Source: Candidatus Krumholzibacteriia bacterium (GTDB taxonomy: Bacteria; Krumholzibacteriota; Krumholzibacteriia; WVZY01). From it: DNA of 18,208 nt. A program made the translations under genes and the position numbers. The notes below the pieces were generated by a model that was not told where the DNA came from, searched no databases, and saw nothing but the letters and a program-made list of their open reading frames with translations. This document shows, piece by piece, positions 1 to 7,751 of this stretch. Every line of letters starts with the position of its first letter. Position 1 is the first letter of the stretch. Location of the stretch: the NCBI GenBank assembly GCA_046754105.1, contig JBHHVD010000066.1, positions 1-18,208 on the forward strand, read 5' to 3'.

Positions 1-183
1 CGTCCTTGCGCGCCCGGCGTGTGTTCCGCGGAGCCTGTTTTTGACGTATTGAGGCTAAGATCATGCCTCAACGGCAGTCAATCGCTTGGACGCCGGATCC
101 ATAATCGCGTGTAGGTGCATCCACAGTCGATAAAACGCGCCCTCCCGGAGGAGCCCTGTCGGCGGTGATATTCCACCGACGCC

Positions 184-858
184 ATGAAGATCCTCATTGT
201 AGAAGATGACAAGGGCATCGTCGACTTTCTCGCGAAGGGACTGAAGGCCGAAGGCTATGTCGTACGGACGGCTCCGGACGGCGAGACCGGGTCGGCCATC
301 GGGTGCGCCGAGGACATCGATATGGCGATCATCGACGTCGTGCTGCCGGGCAAGGGCGGGCACGAGGTGTTGGACGACATCCGGGCGAAAAGCCCCGATC
401 TGCCGGTGATCATGCTGTCCGTGGTGGCCGAGACCGATTCCAAACTCCGCGCCTTCGGCAGAGGAGCGGTCGACTACATTACCAAGCCCTTCGATTTCGA
501 TGAGTTGCTCGCCAGGGTGCGCGTGCACATGAAGCGCAACGAGCGGGACCGCGGCGACCTGTTGACCGCGGGGAAGTGGCAACTCGACCTCACGTACAGG
601 GAACTCCGGTGCGAGGGCAAAGTGATCAAGCTGACGGCCCGGGAGTTTTCGATTCTGGAGTACCTCTTTCGTAACAAGGGAAAGGTGCTCAGCCGCGCGC
701 AGATTCTCAGTCATGTGTGGGACTACAATTTCGATCCCCAGAGCAATATCGTCGACGTCTACATACGGTTTCTGCGCGAGAAGCTCGCCGTGATCGACGG
801 CGGCGCCGAAATCGAAACGGTTAGAGGAATGGGCTACCGCCTGAAAGAACTCGAATAG
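184..858 (+). CDS. OmpR/PhoB-family two-component response regulator
   Basis: Receiver motifs ILIVEDD, AIIDVVLP (phospho-Asp), MLS and YITKPF. Winged-helix C-terminus LTAREFSILEYL...SNIVDVYIRFLREKL...IETVRGMGY. An in-frame TGA at 166-168 fixes ATG 184 as the start. Confidence 0.96.
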   Translation: MKILIVEDDKGIVDFLAKGLKAEGYVVRTAPDGETGSAIGCAEDIDMAIIDVVLPGKGGHEVLDDIRAKSPDLPVIMLSVVAETDSKLRAFGRGAVDYITKPFDFDELLARVRVHMKRNERDRGDLLTAGKWQLDLTYRELRCEGKVIKLTAREFSILEYLFRNKGKVLSRAQILSHVWDYNFDPQSNIVDVYIRFLREKLAVIDGGAEIETVRGMGYRLKELE

Positions 859-897
859 ACGGTCCCGAGCTGTCTTGGCCCCAGAAGGAACGGTTCA

Positions 898-2325
898 TTG
901 AAGAGCATAACAGCGCGACTTTTTGTGGGGTTTTCTGTCATCATACTGCTGCTGGCTGCGACGGTGGCCGTGTCCGTTTCGTATCTGTCTCGATATCGCA
1001 GTACCACCCGCGAACTCGTGGATCACCACGTGCAGGAGATCCTGACGTTCGGGGACCTGGAGCGGATTCTCTTCGAGATGAAGGTCGAGCTGGAGGTGGT
1101 GATCACCTCAGTGGGGTCGGCCCAGCTGGAACCGTTCGGCGAACAGCGCCGGGCGTTCCGTGCGGGGGTGGAAAGAGTGCGGGCGGAACAGGAGGAGTTT
1201 CTCGACAGTTTCACGCCGCACGTGTTCAGCGTGTTGATGGGTGCGCCGGATCGAATCGATTCCACCTCTACCGTCATGTACGGCCTGGCGGTCCAGGGTG
1301 AGTGGGATGAGGTGCGGGAGATCGCTGAAGGCATCCAGAACGACCTGGTCGCGCCGCTGTTGCGGCAAACGAGCGTGCTCTTGTGGGCGGAGGACCAGCA
1401 AACTAAAGCGATGTCGCTGCAGATACTGCGACAGAGCTCGGTCGCACGAAATCGCATTACGCTGGTGTCATCAATCGCGCTCATTCTGAGCCTGACGATG
1501 GCGGTGTGGACGTCGACGTCGATCACGCGGCCGATCAAGAGCCTCGAGCGTACCTCGGTGGCGATTTCCGGCGGGCAGTTGTCCCTTCGCAGCCGACTGA
1601 ACAGGGACGATGAGACCGGGCGCCTGAGCAGGGCGTTCGATCACATGGTGGATTCCCTGGAGCGTGTGCTCGCGGAGCAGAGAAGGTTTTTGGCCGACAC
1701 TTCGCACAATCTCCTGACGCCGGTGACAGTCATCCGCGGACAGCTGCAAGTGTTGCGGCGGTCGATTCAAGGAGCGAGCGCGGACGAGGCATTCGACCTC
1801 GTCTTCCGGGAGCTGGGGCGAATAAAAACGATTCTCGATGAGCTGGTGTTGCTGGCGAAATCCGCGTCCGTACAGGCGTTGTCGTACAGCGAAGTCCGGG
1901 CTGACGAGTTTCTCGGAGACGTTTTCCGCAGCGCGGAAGCGCTCGGCGAGCGAAGCTGGCAATTCGAGGCCCCGCCTCTTGTCAAGCTGCGGTGCGACGC
2001 CGGACTACTCAGCGCGGCGTTACTGGAGTTGGCCAAGAACGCGGTTCAGCATACGGAGACCGGAGGCAGCATCGGCCTGTCGGGTCGATTGCGATCCGGT
2101 GGGCTGGCTTTCGAAGTCGCCGATGACGGTCGTGGTATACACCCGGAAGAGCACGACCGCGTTTTCGAGCGTTTCTTCAGGAGCCGGCACTCGCGCGGCG
2201 GCGAGGGCTCCGGGCTCGGGCTCAGCATCGTCAAGGCCGTAGCGGAGGCCCACAAGGGCCGCGTGAACGTCCGTAGCGCGCTCGGCGACGGCAGCACCTT
2301 CACGCTGTGGATCCCGCTTGCGTGA
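898..2325 (+). CDS. Membrane sensor histidine kinase (helical periplasmic sensor, HAMP, HisKA, HATPase)
   Basis: TTG start after AGAAGGA. Two TM segments flank a helical sensor region. HAMP (ITRPIKSL...DETGRLSRAFDHM), H-box ADTSHNLLTP, N-box ELAKNA, G1 DDGRGI, F FERFFR, G2 GSGLGL. Confidence 0.94.
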   Translation: MKSITARLFVGFSVIILLLAATVAVSVSYLSRYRSTTRELVDHHVQEILTFGDLERILFEMKVELEVVITSVGSAQLEPFGEQRRAFRAGVERVRAEQEEFLDSFTPHVFSVLMGAPDRIDSTSTVMYGLAVQGEWDEVREIAEGIQNDLVAPLLRQTSVLLWAEDQQTKAMSLQILRQSSVARNRITLVSSIALILSLTMAVWTSTSITRPIKSLERTSVAISGGQLSLRSRLNRDDETGRLSRAFDHMVDSLERVLAEQRRFLADTSHNLLTPVTVIRGQLQVLRRSIQGASADEAFDLVFRELGRIKTILDELVLLAKSASVQALSYSEVRADEFLGDVFRSAEALGERSWQFEAPPLVKLRCDAGLLSAALLELAKNAVQHTETGGSIGLSGRLRSGGLAFEVADDGRGIHPEEHDRVFERFFRSRHSRGGEGSGLGLSIVKAVAEAHKGRVNVRSALGDGSTFTLWIPLA

Positions 2326-2350
2326 AGCTCAGGGGCGCCCCCCCCTCAAA

Positions 2351-2378
2351 CATTAAGCCTTTTTAATTTCGTTTTAAT
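2351..2378 (+). promoter_or_regulatory. Phased TTAA direct repeats, candidate binding site for an OmpR-family regulator (PmrA/QseB-like box)
   Basis: cATTAAGcctTTTTAATttcgTTTTAAT has TTAA at 2353, 2363 and 2374 (10 and 11 bp apart), forming an AT-rich island directly after the kinase stop. Confidence 0.45.
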
Positions 2379-2446
2379 GCTGGGTTCATGTTCGGGTGGC
2401 ACTATGTGCGGAGCGTCGGAGCCATGCCACCTGGTTCCCTCTTCTT

Positions 2447-2534
2447 AAGACGCATCAGCCGCGGCGGGAAGCACCTTTCGGGTGACATCGCTATCGCTAG
2501 TAGCCCCCCCCGCCGCGTGCCTGATGCGTTTTTT
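2447..2534 (+). terminator. Long stem-loop with U-tract: intrinsic terminator or 3' part of a small structured RNA
   Basis: AAGACGCATCAG (2447-2458) pairs with CTGATGCGTTTT (2521-2532). CGCGGCGGG (2460-2468) pairs with CCCGCCGCG (2509-2517). T6 run at 2529-2534. Lies between convergent operons. Confidence 0.5.
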
Positions 2535-2565
2535 GATGGGCGGGGACGGCGGGTTCGTATCGAGT

Positions 2566-3462
2566 CTAGCGGGCTTCGGGGGCGTGCGCGTCCTCGCGCT
2601 CCAGCAGTTCCGCCCAGCGTTGATCCACCTCGCGCTCCATACGCTCTATCTGCAACTGTTCCAGATTCCCGAAACGGCCTTGCAGCTCCACATAATCCCG
2701 TACAGGCCTCTTCGGCAAATCGCGTCGGACGCGGTAGTGCTTGCCGTCCGTGATCTCGACGAGCGGGAACAGCCGTGCCTCCACCGCGAGGCGGGCGAGC
2801 TCGATCGTCATCTCGGGAGGGCTCTTCCAGCCGGTGGGGCAGGGGGCGAAGATGTGTATGAACCGCATGCCACTGGTTCGTTTCGCCGTGTAAAATTTCT
2901 GGATCAAATCGTCGGGATAGGCTACGGAAGCGGTTGCGACGTACGGGATGCCGTGCGCGACGAGGATGTCGAGCATACGCTTCTTGGGTCGGGACTTGAC
3001 GTGCGGGTAGGGCGTGGTCGTCGTCCACGCGCCGAGGGGTGTGGCGCTCGACCGCTGAATGCCCGTGTTCATATAGGCTTCGTTGTCGTAGCAGACGAAG
3101 ATGATGTCTTCGTTTCTCTCGGCGGCGCCGCTGAGGGACTGCAACCCGATATCGAACGTGCCGCCGTCGCCGGCCCAGGCGACGACGGTCGTTTCGCGGT
3201 CCCCCCGCATTTCGAGCCCGGCCTTTACGCCCGACGCGGTACTGGCCGCGGTCTCGAATGCGGTGTGGAATATTGGTATCTGTACCGCGGTATGAGGAAA
3301 TGGGCCATCTATGACCGACCAGCAGCACGCGGGCATTACCATGACCGTGCGTGACCCGAGTGCCTTGAGTGCAAAGCGCATGGCCTGCGTTGCGCCGCAC
3401 CCCTGGCAGGCTAGATGGCCCGAAGACATTAGCTCACTTTGAGAGATATGATAGTTGCTCAT
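2566..3462 (-). CDS. porB: Pyruvate/2-ketoisovalerate:ferredoxin oxidoreductase beta subunit (TPP-binding)
   Basis: GHLACQGCG, PACCW, TPP motif AGDGG...YDNEAYMNTGIQRS and FAPCPTGW. The likely start is ATG 3462 (MSNYHIS), overlapping the alpha stop by 29 bp. Confidence 0.93.
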   Translation of the reverse strand: MSNYHISQSELMSSGHLACQGCGATQAMRFALKALGSRTVMVMPACCWSVIDGPFPHTAVQIPIFHTAFETAASTASGVKAGLEMRGDRETTVVAWAGDGGTFDIGLQSLSGAAERNEDIIFVCYDNEAYMNTGIQRSSATPLGAWTTTTPYPHVKSRPKKRMLDILVAHGIPYVATASVAYPDDLIQKFYTAKRTSGMRFIHIFAPCPTGWKSPPEMTIELARLAVEARLFPLVEITDGKHYRVRRDLPKRPVRDYVELQGRFGNLEQLQIERMEREVDQRWAELLEREDAHAPEAR

Positions 3463-4612
3463 CCTTGACACCAATCCAATAGACATCGTTCTCCGGCATG
3501 TCCGATGCGTCGGCGATTTCCATGATCTCGTTTATCACTTCCGGTGTGACGTCGCGTCCGCCGATACCGGCTATAAAACTGAAAAGCGGCAGCGGCGTTT
3601 TCGTATTCCACAACGCCGCCCGGATTTCCTGCGCGAAAATGCCGCCGACGCCGAACCCGATGTTACGGTCTATGACGACAACCTTGTTTGCGTGGCTCAG
3701 AACGCGCCGCACGTCGTCGGCGGGAAACGGCCGGAAGAGGCGAATCTTCAGCAGGCCCACGGCTTTGCCCTGGTCGCGCAGGTCATCGACCACGGTGCGC
3801 GCCGTGCTGGTGACCGTGCCGGAAGTGACGAGGATGGTCTCGGCCCCGTCCGTCCGGTATTCCTCGACGATTCCGTAGCTGCGTCCGAAGAGACGCTCGA
3901 ACTCCTGGTCGGCCTCTCTTGCGACGCCGAGTGCCCGCTGCGTGTCTTTGAAGATGCCGTAGCGCAGCTCGTAGTAGTTATCCGGGCCCGTAAGGTTGCC
4001 GAACGCCTTCGGCGTATCGGGGGACAGGCGCTCTCGTGGCAAGTACAGCGGCAGGTACTTCCTCGCCTCCTCCGCGTCGAAGACATCCACGATCTCCGAT
4101 GTATGAGACAGGAAGAACGCGTCGAGAACCAGCATCACCGGCAGCATTACCTGCTCGCCGATTCGGAACGCCTGCACCGTGGTATCGAACACCTCCTGGT
4201 TGCTCTCGCAGTAGAGCTGCAACATGCCGGTGTCACGCTGGGAGAGCGAGTCATTCTGATCGGTCCAGATGTTCCAGGGCGGGCCGACCGCGCGGTTGAC
4301 GTTGGCGAGCACCACGGGCAGCCGGGCGCCCGCGGCCCAGTGAAGCATCTCGTGCATGAGCAGGAGACCCTGGGATGAGGTCGCCGTAAAAGCGCGAGCC
4401 CCCGCGGCACTGGCTCCGATCACGGCCGCCATCGCCGAGTGTTCCGATTCGACCTTGATGAAGCGGGCGTCGAGCTCGCCGCCCGCACACATTTCGGAGA
4501 GCCGCTCCACGATCTGCGTCTGGGGCGTGATGGGGTAGGCGGAGATCACCTGAACTTCGCTCGCCTTGACGCCGTAGGAAATGGCGTGGTTTCCCTCGAG
4601 CACTTTTTTCAT
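3434..4612 (-). CDS. porA: Pyruvate/2-ketoisovalerate:ferredoxin oxidoreductase alpha subunit
   Basis: GNHA, AYPITPQT, VESEHSA, TATSSQGL, VNRA, LFRPFP and GIGGRD motifs. The start abuts the upstream stop (TAG-ATG). Confidence 0.95.
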   Translation of the reverse strand: MKKVLEGNHAISYGVKASEVQVISAYPITPQTQIVERLSEMCAGGELDARFIKVESEHSAMAAVIGASAAGARAFTATSSQGLLLMHEMLHWAAGARLPVVLANVNRAVGPPWNIWTDQNDSLSQRDTGMLQLYCESNQEVFDTTVQAFRIGEQVMLPVMLVLDAFFLSHTSEIVDVFDAEEARKYLPLYLPRERLSPDTPKAFGNLTGPDNYYELRYGIFKDTQRALGVAREADQEFERLFGRSYGIVEEYRTDGAETILVTSGTVTSTARTVVDDLRDQGKAVGLLKIRLFRPFPADDVRRVLSHANKVVVIDRNIGFGVGGIFAQEIRAALWNTKTPLPLFSFIAGIGGRDVTPEVINEIMEIADASDMPENDVYWIGVKDEQLSYLSK

Positions 4613-6277
4613 CTATGACGCCTCTCTCTCGGCCGTCAACACGCCGCGCGGGCATTCCTGGACACAAATCAAGCAACCCTTGCAATAGTCGTAGTCAATA
4701 GTATAGACGCCGTCTTCCCGTGAAATGGCGACATCGGGACAAAAAACCCAGCAGTTGTCGCACCCGTCACAGACTCCGCAACTGTAGCACCGGGAAAGCT
4801 CCTGCTGAACCTGATCGCAGGTAAGCCCGGTGTTGACCTCGGTAAACGTCTCGCCGTCACGAACTCCGTCCGTGCGCGGCATCATCACCGCTTTCTTGTG
4901 CAGGAAGTAGGCGGTGTTGACGTCGGCGATGGCAACGACCTTGCGCTGCCCGGCCGGGTCGAATTCGCCACCGGTGAGCTCGGCGTTGATCAAATGTGCT
5001 GCGCTTCGCCCTCTGGCCACGGCGTTTACCACCGTGGAAGCTCCGGTAACAACGTCGCCGCCGGCGAAAACCTTGTCGTTGGATGTTTTCCCGAATTCGT
5101 CGGTTACAATGAGTCCGTTCGATATCGATACGAATGACTCCACATCCGGGATCTCACCGACGGCGACTAACAGCGAATCCACCGGTAACGTGAAATACGC
5201 GCCGGCTTTCGGCGCCGGACGTTTTCTGCCCGTGTCGTCCGGCGGGCCGAGTTCCATTTCCTGGCAACGAATCTCCTGAAGGCGGCCGTTGCGGGCGACG
5301 ATTTCCGCCGGTGCCGCGAGGAACCTGAAAGTCACGTTTTCATCGCCCGCCTCCCGCACCTCGTCCTCGATGGCCGGCATTTCGTTGCGCGTCCGCCGGT
5401 AGAGAACCGTCACCTCGGCACCGAGCCGGCGCGCGCTCCTTGCCACATCCATCGCCGTGTTCCCCCCGCCGACCACGACCACACGCTTGCCGACGTCCAC
5501 CGTCTTGCCCGTGTTGACCGCTTCCAGGAACTCGAGCCCCGGCATTACACCCCGTACGTCTTCATTGTTCAGGTTGAGTCTTCGGCTTCGCTGCAAACCG
5601 ACACCCAGAAAATAAGCCGCGTATTCGGACAAATCGTCGAGCGCTACGTCCTTACCCACAATCGTCGAAGTTCTCGCCTCCACACCGAGCGCGCTCAGCC
5701 GCTCCAGCTCGGCGTCGAGCACTTCCGTCGGCAGCCTGTACTCCGGGATGCCGTAGCGGAGCACTCCACCCAGCCTCTCCTTCGCCTCGAACAGAGTCAC
5801 ACTGAAACCGGCGCGCGCCAGGAACCAGGCACAACTCAATCCCGCCGGGCCGCCTCCGATAACCGCGACCTTGAGCCCTATGCGCCGTTCCGGCGGGGAC
5901 ACCGTAAGCTTTTCCTGGATGGCGTAGTCGCCGAGAAAGCGTTCGATTGCAGGTATAAAGACCGACCCGTCCTGGTGGTCGCGCATGCAGCGGTCCATGC
6001 AGGGGTGGTAGCACACCCGCCCGCAAACGGCTGGAAAAGGGTTGCTCTCCCATATGAGGCGAACGGCCTCTTCGTACCGGCTCTCGCGCGCAAGTGCAAT
6101 ATATCCCTGGATATTCTCTCCCGCGGGGCAGCCGGCGATACAGGGTGATGTTTTGGGGTCGAAAAAGGGCTTTACGTTTCGCCACGTACCGGTCTTGTTC
6201 CAGCGCATGTCACCCGCGGAGATCGCACCGAGCGGCAGCTCCTTGGCGTCGGCGAACGTTTTCTTCCTGTTGCTCAT
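4613..6277 (-). CDS. PorD(delta)-like ferredoxin fused with GltD/NfnB-like FAD/NAD(P)H oxidoreductase
   Basis: N-terminal delta-type NKTGTWRNVKP. Fer4_20 cysteines (PCIAGCP, CGRVCYHPCMDRC). FAD site VIGGGPAG, GGVLRYGIPEYRLP, NAD(P) site GGGNTAMD plus YRR, and FAGGD. C-terminal 2x[4Fe-4S] domain (CDGCDNCWVFCP...YDYCKGCLICVQECP). Occupies the delta position in the operon. Confidence 0.9.
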   Translation of the reverse strand: MSNRKKTFADAKELPLGAISAGDMRWNKTGTWRNVKPFFDPKTSPCIAGCPAGENIQGYIALARESRYEEAVRLIWESNPFPAVCGRVCYHPCMDRCMRDHQDGSVFIPAIERFLGDYAIQEKLTVSPPERRIGLKVAVIGGGPAGLSCAWFLARAGFSVTLFEAKERLGGVLRYGIPEYRLPTEVLDAELERLSALGVEARTSTIVGKDVALDDLSEYAAYFLGVGLQRSRRLNLNNEDVRGVMPGLEFLEAVNTGKTVDVGKRVVVVGGGNTAMDVARSARRLGAEVTVLYRRTRNEMPAIEDEVREAGDENVTFRFLAAPAEIVARNGRLQEIRCQEMELGPPDDTGRKRPAPKAGAYFTLPVDSLLVAVGEIPDVESFVSISNGLIVTDEFGKTSNDKVFAGGDVVTGASTVVNAVARGRSAAHLINAELTGGEFDPAGQRKVVAIADVNTAYFLHKKAVMMPRTDGVRDGETFTEVNTGLTCDQVQQELSRCYSCGVCDGCDNCWVFCPDVAISREDGVYTIDYDYCKGCLICVQECPRGVLTAEREAS

Positions 6278-6292
6278 GGACTTCCCGTGTGC

Positions 6293-6874
6293 TTACCCGC
6301 TGTGGTCTTCCAGTGTGACAGCGTCGCAGACCTCTGTTCCGTTGTACGCGTCGATAGTCGCCTCCCGGTTGCCTTCCGGGTTGGTCGGCACCGACTCGAC
6401 CACCGCTTCGACGACCGCCTCCAGGCTCACGAGCCCGGTGGCGCGCGCGAAGGCGCCGAGGATGGCCGTGTTGACGATGGGTGTAGCCCGGCTTCCCAGA
6501 CCGTGTCGCCAGGCGATCGTGTTCGCGTCAACGGCGGCGAGGCGGTAGTTGTCCGCGCGCAGAAAACTCCTGGGGTCGGTGTGCGTGTTGATGACGATCC
6601 AGCCGCCGGCCTTCAGGCCGCTCGTGATGTCCGTTGTCTCCGTTAGCGCGTGATCGAGGACGATCAAGTGGTCCGGTTCGTATATCTCACAGCGCAAGCG
6701 GATGGGCCGGTCGTCGAAACGCGTGAAGGCTACGACCGGAGCGCCACGCCGCTCGACGCCGAAAGCGGGGAACGCCTGTACGTAACGGTCCTCCTTGAAG
6801 AGAGCGGCCGCGAGCACTTTTGACGCGACGACCGCGCCTTGACCGCCTCTTCCGTGGGTGCGGATCTCGATCAA
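6293..6874 (-). CDS. porC: Pyruvate/2-ketoisovalerate:ferredoxin oxidoreductase gamma subunit
   Basis: (M)IEIRTHGRGGQG, FPAFGVERRGAPV and PIVNTAILGA. TTG start at 6874 follows an AAGGAG ribosome-binding site. Confidence 0.94.
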   Translation of the reverse strand: MIEIRTHGRGGQGAVVASKVLAAALFKEDRYVQAFPAFGVERRGAPVVAFTRFDDRPIRLRCEIYEPDHLIVLDHALTETTDITSGLKAGGWIVINTHTDPRSFLRADNYRLAAVDANTIAWRHGLGSRATPIVNTAILGAFARATGLVSLEAVVEAVVESVPTNPEGNREATIDAYNGTEVCDAVTLEDHSG

Positions 6875-6956
6875 TACCTTGCTCCTTGTCCTCGGACAGT
6901 GGCCGTTATGGGCTCCAACCACCCTAAATGTATAGAAATTTCACAGATGCTTCAAT

Positions 6957-6970
6957 TTGATTAAAATCAA
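6957..6970. promoter_or_regulatory. FNR/Crp-family binding site (perfect TTGAT-N4-ATCAA)
   Basis: TTGATtaaaATCAA lies about 85-95 bp upstream of the por operon start. A minus-strand -10-like TATACATT at 6934-6927 puts the site centre at roughly -42 to -44. Confidence 0.75.
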
Positions 6971-7286
6971 TCCCTTCTCCTAGCGGAGTCGAGACGCCCC
7001 CCGACAACCCGGGCGGCGCAGCGTCCGCGCCGGGGGGATCCTTCCGCCGTTCGAGGGGCAACCCGTCGCTACCCGGCCGGGCGGGAGGACGGCGAGACCG
7101 GTGGCGGGCCGGCCCCAGCGCGGTATGCGTGCCCCGGCCCTCTTCGCCCCGTGGCTGCCGCGGCGGGCGAGTTGGGTGGGGTGGACCTTGATAACTCCCT
7201 TCCAAGTAACAGAATAGAAAGTTTTCCAAAAAAAGAGTACCGTATTGCGTGACATATACACTGATGCGGTATATGCGATGGATAGC

Positions 7287-7310
7287 AGTGTATGATTATC
7301 CTCATGCACT
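7287..7310. promoter_or_regulatory. Putative YtrA-type GntR operator (inverted repeat)
   Basis: AGTGTATGA-ttatcc-TCATGCACT (9 bp arms, 1 mismatch) sits upstream of the operon encoding the YtrA-like regulator. It resembles the AGTGTA-Nx-TACACT YtrA operator. Confidence 0.6.
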
Positions 7311-7355
7311 TGATTCACCGCGGGGCATCCCGCGGGTCGCGAAAGGGGGTCAGAG

Positions 7356-7751
7356 ATGAAGCATCACGGCACGCTAATCGTGCTGGTTGCGGCCTTGTTG
7401 CTCTGGCCGGGGGACCACGCATCGGGGGACGAGGGGATGCGTCCGCACGCCCGTCGCTTCAGCGTCAACGTCGGTTTCGAGGTCGACTCGGCCTGGTTGT
7501 CACTGCGAGGGGCCGTGGTGCTCGGTCGCCGGGCCGCGCAAACGGCAGACAACCCGGAGACGGTCGACAGGGACGTGTGGGTGTGGGGGGCGGCGACACG
7601 AGTGCTCGCCCGTGCCCGGGTGGGTTGGACTGCTATCCGTGTGATCGGCGGGACGACGTCGCGCGTCGCGATACGCCGGGTCCGCCACTGGTGGCGGAGC
7701 AGCACAGACGCGAAAGGGAACCAGCATGCTGATCGTCGTGGATCCACATAG
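7356..7751 (+). CDS. Hypothetical protein with N-terminal signal peptide
   Basis: MKHHGTLIVLVAALLLWPG looks like a signal peptide. A purine-rich AAAGGGGG precedes the ATG. First ORF after the operator, overlapping the GntR start. No family recognised. Confidence 0.45.
   Translation: MKHHGTLIVLVAALLLWPGDHASGDEGMRPHARRFSVNVGFEVDSAWLSLRGAVVLGRRAAQTADNPETVDRDVWVWGAATRVLARARVGWTAIRVIGGTTSRVAIRRVRHWWRSSTDAKGNQHADRRGST

Noticed and set aside
61..714. 217-aa antisense ORF over the response regulator
   Set aside because: It is a typical antisense shadow of a response-regulator gene.
2447..2534. Identification as SRP RNA, hammerhead ribozyme or a known riboswitch
   Set aside because: It lacks the SRP domain IV motif and the CUGANGA core (reads CUGAUGC), and no downstream gene is present for a riboswitch to control.
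2388..4378. Long alternative ORFs over porB/porA (2388-2753 +, 2402-3400 -, 2482-3354 +, 3455-4378 +)
   Set aside because: They overlap clearly conserved Por subunits, have no motifs and show the composition expected of shadow frames in high-GC DNA.
4613..6277. Annotation as glutamate synthase small subunit (gltD) or DsrL
   Set aside because: There are no gltB or dsr genes. PorD-type termini and operon position indicate an oxidoreductase subunit.
6929..6945. Rex/CRP-like site TGTGAAATTTCTATACA (minus strand)
   Set aside because: The half-site spacing is one base too long and the second half is degenerate. It overlaps the likely -10 element.
6924..7318. Short ORFs and a very GC-rich stretch (about 6981-7190) in the por/ytrA intergenic region
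   Set aside because: The translations are low-complexity and Pro/Arg-rich, and no riboswitch, tRNA or repeat family was recognisable.
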